Notes under the pieces: model-generated
Database searches by the model: none
Told to the model about the DNA's origin: nothing
The model's input: the letters and a program-made list of their open reading frames with translations, nothing else
Source of the DNA: Rhynchobatus australiae
Lineage: Eukaryota
Assembly: GCA_034780895.1 (NCBI GenBank)
Contig: JAUZTB010000087.1
Location: forward strand, 6,091,264 to 6,155,263
Direction: 5' to 3'
Length of the DNA stretch: 64,000 bases
In this document: in pieces, positions 25,710 to 36,459 of the stretch
Layout: the number at the start of each line of letters is the position of its first letter
How positions within the stretch are numbered: position 1 is the first letter of the stretch
Program-made: the position numbers and the translations under genes

Positions 25710-26431
25710 GTGAGGTGTTCCTTAAGAAGGGAAATAGATACCTCACAAGTTTGATATGGTTGCATCTATTTGCAGTAGAACATATTGCTGACATTTTCTG
25801 TTTGGTGATATGAAGTTCCGTGTGATATCTACAACTCATAACCACAAAGCATTTTACTTTTAGTCAAACTATCTGAGTATTCTATGGCGATTCTTTTTGA
25901 AGGAGCCAGGCGTTATTTATGATTCAGGCATTGTCGTCGCCGAAGGATGGTTCAGCTAATTTAAAACATGACAAATTTAGGGAAATAGTTTTAGAGAATC
26001 TTAATGAATCTATGGCATATGTGAAATAATACCCAACCATCAACGCACTAATCTTTTCATAGTATTGTTTGAAGAATGTGGTACATATACAACTGCACTA
26101 AATGTAAATATAATCCTGGTAATATCGTGGCATCCGTGTTTTGTAACTGATTTCTTGCTGGTCAGTTCTTGCATTTCTTGCACGGTTCAGAGGTCAGTGC
26201 GAGTATCAAAACTACCTGAAATAGTCAGACAGGCGAATGTAACATATTTAGAAGAATACTGAAGCAGTTCAATTGGGAGAACTGACTGGTCAAGGGAACA
26301 TGTAATTATTTTACAAGCAAAGCATAAATAGATGGTCTTTAATTTCTCCTCTTTGAAAGCTTCTTGAAAACTATTTGAGCGGGATATTTAAATATCTGAA
26401 CGAGTGATAATGGAGGCAGGTTCAAATTTAG

Positions 26432-26642
26432 ATTGCGCAACTATAAATATTGCTTTCCAAAGCCCGATAAAGTGTGTCAGCTTTAAGAAATTAGGTCTCT
26501 TGTGATTGGCTGAAGGCGAATGCCGCTCCACTCACCAATCAGAAGCTGAATGGTGACTGGAGATCCTGACGGCCCTTGTCCCTGCCTCTCCGCCATCATA
26601 TCTGATCCGATGCAACATGAAACTGGATAGCGAGCTGCCTGA
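26432..26642 (+). promoter_or_regulatory. Promoter cassette of V7
   Basis: ATTGCGCAA-CTA-TAAAT, CAGCTTTAAGAAA, TGATTGGCTGAA (26505), CACCAATCAG (26535), GTGACTGGAGATCCTGACGGCCC, CCGCCAT, GCGAGCTGC. Confidence 0.8.
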
Positions 26643-26845
26643 GAATGTATCAGAATCGTGATTTTACAAGATTTGGGAAGATTTGACTGCAAATACAAAA
26701 TCTCGAAGATTTGTCACAACTGCAGGTATTTTCTTATAATGGAGCGCCTTATTTGGGATTTTAAAACATGATAACCACTTTATTCCAGTGAATAAATGAG
26801 CAGCGCCGTGACGTGCTGATACATTCGGAATGCGTTGTGCCTGAA

Positions 26846-29158
26846 ATGGGATTGTATAAAATATATTGGTTGTTAAAATGGCAACTGTTGTGTTTAGTGC
26901 TCTCCTGGAATCTGGTTTCTGGACAGATACGTTATTCGATTCCCGAAGAATTGCAGCTGGGCGCCTTTGTTGGGAATATCGCAGCTGATTTGGGTTTAGA
27001 TGCGGAGCAGCTCTCGGCTCGGAATTTTCGGATTATGCCCAGTCCCAGGAAACAGTATCTCTATGTGAAACTAGACAAAGGGATTTTAATTGTGAACCAG
27101 AAAATTGACAGAGAACAGATCTGTGGTTCAGCCCCCGGTTGCGCCCTGACTTTGGAGACCGTCATTGACGACCCTCTGAATGTGTATCACATCGAGGTGG
27201 AGATTCTAGACATAAATGACAACGCTCCCCAGTTCCCAAAGAATGAGTTCCGTTTGGAAATATCCGAGTTGGCAGCGCCTGGATCCCGCTTCCCATTGGA
27301 GTCTGCGTATGATCCGGACGTCGGCACCAACTCGCTGCAGACCTACCGATTGGCCACAAATCAATATTTCGTGCTGGATGTACAGTCTCGCAGTGGGGAT
27401 AGTAAGCTCCCGGTTCTGGTAATGGAAAGAACCCCTGATAGGGAGCATCAGTCCACTCTACAGTTGCTGCTGACGGCTCTTGACGGAGGCATTCCTGAAC
27501 GGTCTGGCACCGCACAGATCATAATCCGCGTCCTGGACGCCAATGATAACGTGCCTACGTTTAGCCAGGCGCTTTATAGAGTCCGTCTGTTGGAAAATGT
27601 GCCCTTAGGAACGCTGGTGATCAAAGTCAACGCCACTGATCTTGACGAAGGTTCCAATGGAGAGATAGCTTATTCCTTTGGAAGCCACGCTTCTGCCAAA
27701 GCGCGGGAACTGTTCAGCGTCGACCCGAACTCCGGAGAGATCAGGGTGAAAGGACCTCTGGACTTCGAAACGGGAACAGAGTTGGAGATTAGTGTACAAG
27801 CTGAGGACAGGGGTTTCCCTTCTGTGCCCGTGCATTGCGATGTGCTTGTTCAAATCGTGGATGTGAACGATAACGCGCCAGAGGTGGCAGTAACCTCTTT
27901 GTCCAGCTCAGTCGCCGAAGATGTCCCGCCTGGGACTGTGGTGGCCTTAATCAGTGTGACCGATTCAGACACGGGAGAGAATGGAGAAACCCGCTGCCAG
28001 ATTCCAAACAGCCTTCCTTTCAAATTAGATTCGACGTTTGCGAACTACTATCGATTACTCACCAAAGATTTGCTCGATCGGGAATTGGTTTCCCAATATG
28101 GGATCACCATTTCGTGCAGCGATGCAGGATTGCCCGCGCTTACCACGAACAAAACCATTCAGCTAAAGATCTCAGATGTAAATGACAACCCTCCACATTT
28201 CTCGCAGACGTTGTACACCGCCTATGTGACGGAGAACAATGTCGTTGGCAGTTCCGTCTACTCAGTGCTAGCTTCTGATGCAGATGTAAATCAAAATTCC
28301 AAACTGTCTTATTCTATTCTTCAGACTCAGGTCGGTAGTTCTCCAGTATCTGGTTACGTTTCTATAAATTCAGATAACGGTATAATATCTGCTGAGCGTT
28401 CTTTTGACTACGAAGAATTGAAGAACTTTCAGATTGAGGTCCAAGCAACGGACGCCGGAGAGCTACCGCTCAGCACCAATGTCTCAATCAATGTGGTCAT
28501 CCTGGATCAGAATGACAACGCGCCGGTGATTGTATCCCCAAGGCCCGAGTACGGTTCGACAGCAGCGGAGACATTGTCCAGATCAGCAGAACCAGGTTAT
28601 CTGGTGACCAAAGTGTCTGCTGTCGATGCAGATTCGGGGCAGAATGCAAGACTTACTTATCAATTGGCCCAAGTCACGAACCCTGGTCTTTTCACCATTG
28701 CGCCTGACACAGGAGAGATATGGACAATCCGCCGAGTTGTGAATGAAGATGCAACTAAACAACGCTTAGTAGGTGTGGTAAAGGATAATGGGATCCCGCC
28801 ACTTAAGGCCACAATTAATATCATCTTAACACTGGAGGGCAGTGACGCAGAACTTCTCTCAGAACTGAGTGGCCTCAGTGAAGAACACGGATTCCCTTCG
28901 GACATAAGCCTTTACTTGGTCATAGCTCTGGGAACAATCTCCTCTGTTTTCCTCGTGATTTTAGTTATCCTAGCTGTTCAGGTCTACAGAAGCAGAAACG
29001 TTTTTAACCGCCGCAGCTGCGCTTTGGGCACATGTTGTTGCATGAGTTCAACACATTCTCTTAATGGAATACAAAAAGCCAGTGTAAACCTTCAGATCCC
29101 CCCGAATTATGTTGAAGTGTTTGGCCGTGATCCGCTGTCCCAGAATTGTTGTTACGAG
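26846..29158 (+). CDS. PCDH: Clustered protocadherin variable exon V7 (last variable exon seen, shortened cytoplasmic segment)
   Basis: ORF 26813-29173 with first ATG at 26846. Six ECs and TM. In-frame candidate donor GAG|GTACGT at 29158/29159 and unspliced stop at 29171-29173. The paralog-type donor GAG|GTGAGG at 29262/29263 is out of frame. The 3' boundary is inferred. Confidence 0.88.
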
Positions 29159-30124
29159 GTACGTTCCTCATAAAGGTGGCAACATATATCACAAGATCCA
29201 AAATCCAACCGCAAAAAATAACTCCAAATGATGTAAATGATAGGACCACTGTATCTGCTGAGGTGAGGCATACTGTGTAGAAACATCCTCCAGAACTATT
29301 ATTTGACCTGTTCTTATTTTTGACTCTCTCAATGGCAGCAATTATGAAGCAGAACTTCTGCGCGTAGCATGATTAAAATAATTAGCCCTAAGAAAAGTCT
29401 CCCTCCCTTCTCTGTGGGCAAGTCCACGAGTGCAAGTTATTGTTGTAATGTTTAGGAATGCAAAACGAGAAAAACATAATTGTTCTTCCTTTGCATAGAT
29501 TGTGTTGTATGGACTGCACAGCGTGCATACTTTTTTTTTGAAGAAGCTTTACTCACGTGGTGCAATGATGCACAGTTGCCAAGAGAGCGACTGAAACTGA
29601 AGTACATAAAATGAACAATTTCACTGTTTATTTGAGAAAACTTCTGAGTGCATCAAGTTTGGCAACAATAAGTGTTTGGAAAGATAGTTTGTGAATCCCA
29701 CCTGATGCCAAGTAATCATTCCACCTTGAATTAAAATAAAGGTTTTTTTGAGTTTAATTTAAATAGTAAGGAATAATAAAATAATCATAATAGTAACACA
29801 ACAAGTCAAAGATTTTGGTTTATCTCCATGAAGCGTAGATTGGACAACCAAGGCACAGTAAAACGAAGTTCAAAGAAATTGCTGATTCACTTGATTCAAA
29901 TACAAAATATTTTCATGAAAGAAAACGTATATAAGCAAGTTGAGATGAGCATAGTTATGATGCTGCAGCATTTATTGGATTCAAAACCTACATTATTTCT
30001 AGCCATCTTGCCGTGGATTATTATATTTATGGTTATTTTGTTGGCTCTGAATTATACTAAAATAAAGTTAGAAGAATTTGGGTTTACCTTGGAACAAATA
30101 CATACTATGTTTCAGAAGTAGTAA

Positions 30125-30690
30125 GCAGGATATTGTGGTTTGCTTTATTATAAGAAGTAACTTGAAGTATTGTGTGCAGTTCTGGTCGCCACATGATAGG
30201 AAGGATGTGGTTGTGCTGGAGAGAGTCCAGAGAGATTCATGAGGATGTTGCCTGGATTGGAGGACTTTAGTTTTGGGTATAATTTGGAAAGGTTGGACTT
30301 AATTTCCCTGGAGTGACTGTGACTGAGGGGTGACATTATGGTGTTGTATGAAAATATAAAAGGCATAGATGGGGCAGATGGCTGGAATTCTTTACCATAG
30401 AAAGCTTATTGAAAACAAAAGGATATAAAGTGACTTTCGATGAGGATCTGAGGNNNNNNNNNNNNNNNNNNNNNNNNNNNNNNNNNNNNNNNNNNNNCCA
30501 GAGGTGGTGAATGGATCAGAAATAATCAGTATGTTCAGGAGACATTCAGACATTAAGATACTTGCAATAGGCAAGGCAAAGAAAGATGCAGACCTAATGT
30601 GGATAAATGTGATTAGTATAGATGGCCAAAGAAGCCTGCATGGATGTGATGGGCCGAAGGGCCTGTTTCTGTGCTGTATGATTCTTTGTC
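30125..30690 (+). mobile_element. CR1 LINE 3' fragment
   Basis: TGTGTGCAGTTCTGGTCGCCACAT..AGGAAGGATGTG..CTGGAGAGAGTCCAGAG..GGATGTTGCCTGGA encodes a decayed CVQFWSP..KDV..LERVQ..RMLPGL; tail GGGCCGAAGGGCCTGTTTCTGTGCTGTA. Confidence 0.8.
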
Positions 30691-33600
30691 TCTGTGGCTT
30701 TAAGATTATTAGAATATTTGGCAGCTTAAGAGTTGCCTGGTCACCTCTGACACCGAGGAATTCACCTAGTCAACCAATTTGGATGACAAAGTCATGCTTC
30801 TGAATAAAGGGGGTAGGAAGCCCAGCAGCAGCATGAAATCTCTACTTGTTCCAGAAATCAACCTTGAAATCCCAGGGGAAGTACAACCAACAGAAGAAGG
30901 TGTCTTGGATGTAAGTGATAATGTACCAGAGCCTTTCTGGAGATGAAGTACCTTTTGAAATGGCTGAATGTGCTGGTCTGTCCCATCAGGAGCACAATTC
31001 TCTGAATAATGATCCAAGTGGATAATTGAGCACCATCCTAACAGCAAATGCAATGAACTGAAATTTTACTCCCTCCTGTAATTGAACTGGTCTTATACAA
31101 ATCAGCCACTAAATGGATTTTGGGCTGCAAAATCATTTATATCAGAGTGTCGAATGAAAAATGGATTATTCACCCCAACAGTGTTACCAGCCTTCTGAAA
31201 AATACAGGTGTGAATGGCAACTTACAAAATTTAAGTAATGCTTTTATCACATCAGCATGCTTTGGCATAATGCCTGCATTCATATGCTCTGAGACCTTAC
31301 AGCAGAATGCATACTGATCCACTCCTTTTGAACCATAGAGTGGAAGTAATCTTAGACATCCCAGCAATTATTGTGTTAGAAACCTTCACCCATTCTTGAT
31401 TTGGATTTATCAGTACCTAACAAATGTGTGTTATAGGCATTGATATGTTTAAAGGGTGATTGTAGTTTGTATGTGCAGGGGAACATCTCATTTCCAGAAT
31501 GTTTCATTCTGGTCCTCTTGCCTTATTGAATGTAGTGCATTCACATTGTTAGCTTGACCCTCAGACAATTTTGTTTCCTGGAACATGAACAGTTTAAATA
31601 ATCCAATTAAGTGCAACAAGGNNNNNNNNNNNNNNNNNNNNNNNNNNNNNNNNNNNNNNNNNNNNNNNNNNNNNNNNNNNNNNNNNNNNNNNNNNNNNNN
31701 NNNNNNNNNNNNNNNNNNNNNNNNNNNNNNNNNNNNNNNNNNNNNNNNNNNNNNNNNNNNNNNNNNNNNNNNNNNNNNNNNNNNNNNNNNNNNNNNNNNN
31801 NNNNNNNNNNNNNNNNNNNNNNNNNNNNNNNNNNNNNNNNNNNNNNNNNNNNNNNNNNNNNNNNNNNNNNNNNNNNNNNNNNNNNNNNNNNNNNNNNNNN
31901 NNNNNNNNNNNNNNNNNNNNNNNNNNNNNNNNNNNNNNNNNNNNNNNNNNNNNNNNNNNNNNNNNNNNNNNNNNNNNNNNNNNNNNNNNNNNNNNNNNNN
32001 NNNNNNNNNNNNNNNNNNNNNNNNNNNNNNNNNNNNNNNNNNNNNNNNNNNNNNNNNNNNNNNNNNNNNNNNNNNNNNNNNNNNNNNNNNNNNNNNNNNN
32101 NNNNNNNNNNNNNNNNNNNNNNNNNNNNNNNNNNNNNNNNNNNNNNNNNNNNNNNNNNNNNNNNNNNNNNNNNNNNNNNNNNNNNNNNNNNNNNNNNNNN
32201 NNNNNNNNNNNNNNNNNNNNNNNNNNNNNNNNNNNNNNNNNNNNNNNNNNNNNNNNNNNNNNNNNNNNNNNNNNNNNNNNNNNNNNNNNNNNNNNNNNNN
32301 NNNNNNNNNNNNNNNNNNNNNNNNNNNNNNNNNNNNNNNNNNNNNNNNNNNNNNNNNNNNNNNNNNNNNNNNNNNNNNNNNNNNNNNNNNNNNNNNNNNN
32401 NNNNNNNNNNNNNNNNNNNNNNNNNNNNNNNNNNNNNNNNNNNNNNNNNNNNNNNNNNNNNNNNNNNNNNNNNNNNNNNTAAGTGCATTGAATGAAAGGA
32501 GGCTCTCCGGTACAAATTATAAGTGTGCACGAGGCAGATTTTATCATCAGTCAAGTCAGAAGCAAATTTTTAAAGATTCCAGTCAATCTTTTGTTCAACT
32601 TAGTATTGTGTCATTTTTTAAATAATATAAGAAAAAGGCATTGTTGATAATACCCTGCCATTAAACAATAGCATCAAAAAGATGGCATTTTATTTCATGT
32701 TCTCAGGATGTATAGATTGAGTTTCTTTGTTTGGACTGCAGGTTTTAACTATGTGTTGGGTTATTACAGAGTTCAATAACTATATACTGTAGTTTGTATC
32801 ATTCCAAAAACCATACTAAATCAATTAAATGCTGATTTTGTCACAAGGTCAATGGGAAATAGAAAAATGCATGTTTAGAGTTGTGAATTTCTAAGCATGA
32901 ATCATTCTCAGCATATCTGAGTATTAAATATAGCATTCAGTTTCATAAAATTCGATTTAATGCCATGTGATTGTTTCACAATATCTTTATAATGGATTGC
33001 ATCTTTTATTTTCTATTAACACCAATACCCCTCTGCAGAGTGATGTAGTATTAATACTCTTTTGTCTATAAGAGAATGCATAAGGGCATGGGTACTCAGT
33101 GCTGAGTAAGTAATTATATTGAATAATGAAATGATTTTGCAGCTGAGTCCTTGGGTCTGGGCTTGATGATTTAAAACATGTTGAGATTAAATTCTGCGAA
33201 AAGCTGTTAATAAGGATGAACTGGACTGTGGAGACCAAAATTCATGAAGAAATAATAAATCTCACTTTTTTTGTGATTACAGATGCTTGAATATTGTACC
33301 ATGCAATATAAGAACAGATTTAGCATATTAGAATGGACTTTGTATACCAATTTGGTCTTTTATAATATTTTGAGTACAATCTCAGGACAGTGTCAGCTTT
33401 GTATTTTATAGATCAACTCTACTATTCAGGATGGTGTATATCTAGAATCTTTGTCTTGTCTGTCATTCAATGAGATCATACCTGATCTGTAATCTAACTT
33501 AAAATACCCATCTTTAACCCAAAGCCTCAATACTTATGTTAAGCAAAGGTATAGCCATCTCCCATTTTAAACTAATAACTATCCTAGCATCAATTGCCAA

Positions 33601-36114
33601 TTTGCAGAAGAGCATTCCAAAATTCTATTAGCTTTAATACATAAAATTGTTTTTTAACCACCCCTGAACTCCTTCTACTGATTTTTATATTATGTCCTCT
33701 CTATCAATCTTTTTAGTTCCTTTCATTACCTTTAATCAAATCACCCATAAACTTTTAAGTCCCACCCAGTGAATGGAGTCCCACTTAGACATTCTTTTCT
33801 TTATAATTTAACCCTCAGGTCCAAATATCATTAAAATAAAGTTTTATTGTTTGCCTCAAACAGGACACCTTGGTTTTATTCACCTTTTATTATCTTGTGT
33901 AATTCTGCATATTTTAATATTTATGTACATGGATCCCTTACTGTCTTTGAACCCTAACTCTTTCTTGCTTCATGCATTGACTGGGCAGGCAGGGATACAT
34001 TGCTGTAACACCAAAGCTGGATGTAGTAGATTGGATCATAATGTAACAGCTAAAGCTGGATGTTTACAACTGATTTGCAAATCGCAGAATATGTTGTGAG
34101 AATCACCTTCTCTTGCTTTCAATGCATTAAGCTGAGAGAGAGTATGTCTTGTACCTTCTGGTGTGAAAGCATCAACTAGCTGTTGATTTCATCCCCCCTC
34201 ATGCTGGAAGCAATTCATTTTTAACCAGACACCTGTAATTTCCTTGATCTGGCATTTTTTTTTTTGGCTTCTGTCCAGTTCCCTAGCAATGTACAGAGTC
34301 TTTGCTTTTAAGTGCTTCTAATGAAATGTAGTCTAAATTTAAAAAATACATCCTCTGCCTCAATGGCAGTGTCCTATAAATATTGCCTATATAATTCCCA
34401 CCCTCTGTCAATGTTCTTAGTCACTCCTTTTACATTTGTGCTTTTATGATAGTTTTAGAAAAAAATAACTAATGATCGTTTGGAAAATTGCCTGCTATGC
34501 AATAATTCAACTATTTTATTTATTAGCACTGTCAGTATGATCCACTCAGCTATGGAAGCAGCTTTTGGTCAATGTGTATCACATATTGCGACACTGGGAT
34601 ATGTGAACCTAACAGCATATTTTTTTTCTCCTTAAAATACAAAGGGCTTTTCAAAAAGCATCTGGTTATAATTGGCAACATAAAACATGGGAAACACTGT
34701 TCTGACTCTATATTCTATTGTTGTGAAAGACAAAGTATGCAAGTCAACTTGTCACATGTATCATTTATGATAGATTTTTGTTCTATTCATAATCATCACC
34801 TCCATCCAAACCTATCAAATAGAACACATCCAATATCAAAACTTAGCATTTCAAGAATTATTAAATATGTGAAATACAAAGATGAAGGGAAAATAATAAG
34901 TTAAAGAACTATTGCAGTATTTGACTCCAAATTGAATGACAGAATCATATAATTTTACAGCATGGAAGCTGGCCATTTGGCCTACTCAATCCATGCTAGC
35001 TTCCTGCAAAAGCGATCCAGATAATCTCATTCCCTAATCCTTTCTCAATAACCTTGCAAATTTCCTTTCAAGTACTTATTCATCTTTCTTCTGAATGCTG
35101 TGATTGAGTCTGCCGTACTGCTCCCCAGAAGTGCATTCCAGATGTTGCTGCTTAAATATTTTTCTTTCTTGTCACTTTGGGTTCTTTTATCAATCATATT
35201 CATGCATTGTCATCTGGTTCTTGCCAATGAAAGCAATTTTTGTCTCTCCACTTTGTCTGGGCCCTTCTTGATGTTAAATACTTCTGTCACATCCCCTCTT
35301 ATCTCTGTTCCAAGGAGAACAACCTCAGTTTGCTCTCCACATGCTAAAGTCTGTTGACTTTGGAATCATTCGAGGAGGCAGAATGACTCAGATTCTGCCT
35401 GGTAAGAGGAAATATAAGACAACTTTGGAACATGGGAACCACATAACTGTAAGAGGAGTATGATAGAAGTCTTTGAAATCTTCAAAGAGTGGGACAGAGT
35501 GGATAAAATGTCTATTTATGGTAGTTGAGTAGGCACAAACAAGGAACAATAGATATAAAATTTAATGTANNNNNNNNNNNNNNNNNNNNNNNNNNNNNNN
35601 NNNNNNNNNNNNNNNNNNNNNNNNNNNNNNNNNNNNNNNNNNNNNNNNNNNNNNNNNNNNNNNNNNNNNNNNNNNNNNNNNNNNNNNNNNNNNNNNNNNN
35701 NNNNNNNNNNNNNNNNNNNNNNNNNNNNNNNNNNNNNNNNNNNNNNNNNNNNNNNNNNNNNNNNNNNNNNNNNNNNNNNNNNNNNNNNNNNNNNNNNNNN
35801 NNNNNNNNNNNNNNNNNNNNNNNNNNNNNNNNNNNNNNNNNNNNNNNNNNNNNNNNNNNNNNNNNNNNNNNNNNNNNNNNNNNNNNNNNNNNNNNNNNNN
35901 NNNNNNNNNNNNNNNNNNNNNNNNNNNNNNNNNNNNNNNNNNNNNNNNNNNNNNNNNNNNNNNNNNNNNNNNNNNNNNNNNNNNNNNNNNNNNNNNNNNN
36001 NNNNNNNNNNNNNNNNNNNNNNNNNNNNNNNNNNNNNNNNNNNNNNNNNNNNNNNNNNNNNNNNNNNNNNNNNNNNGGCTTTTTGTGTTCATTTCCAAAC
36101 TTCATATTTCTGGG

Positions 36115-36285
36115 GATACAAGCGACTGCAGATGCTGGAATCTCGAGCAAAGAACAAACTGCTGGAGAACCTCAGTGAGTCAATCAGCATCTCTGGAGGG
36201 AGAGCCCTGGTCGACAGGTCAACCATGCCTTTGCCACCACAGATGCTGCTTGACCTGTTGAGTTGCTCCAGCAGTTTGTTCCATG
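36115..36285. mobile_element. Penelope-type inverted-repeat element
   Basis: ACTGCAGATGCTGGAATC..AAACTGCTGGAG..CAGCATCT followed by CAGATGCTGCTTGACCTGTTGAGTTGCTCCAGCAGTTT. Confidence 0.6.
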
Positions 36286-36459
36286 CTTCATGTTTGTGAG
36301 TATTGCCTGAGATTCATAATGACAATGGCCCATATTAAATGTTGCGTAAAGTCTTGTTTGGAGTAATTTGGTAAACTCAGTTGATCTCTTCAAATATTTG
36401 GCGGCTGCTTTAAACCGTTTAGAGCTTAACCTCACTCCAACAACAGACAGCAATGTTTT

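Noticed and set aside
1260-26642. Regularly recurring conserved blocks separated by unique sequence, superficially array-like
   Set aside because: These are paralogous eukaryotic promoters kilobases apart, not a CRISPR array; no prokaryotic features in the window.
1745-28905. Recurring antisense ORFs over the variable exons (e.g. 1745-2275, 19911-20468)
   Set aside because: Shadows of the sense cadherin codons; they recur only because the sense exons are paralogous. Antisense non-coding transcription cannot be judged from sequence.
31585-36299. Long ORFs of 200-350 aa in the ORF track (also 63271-63738)
   Set aside because: Almost entirely X; artefacts of N gaps.
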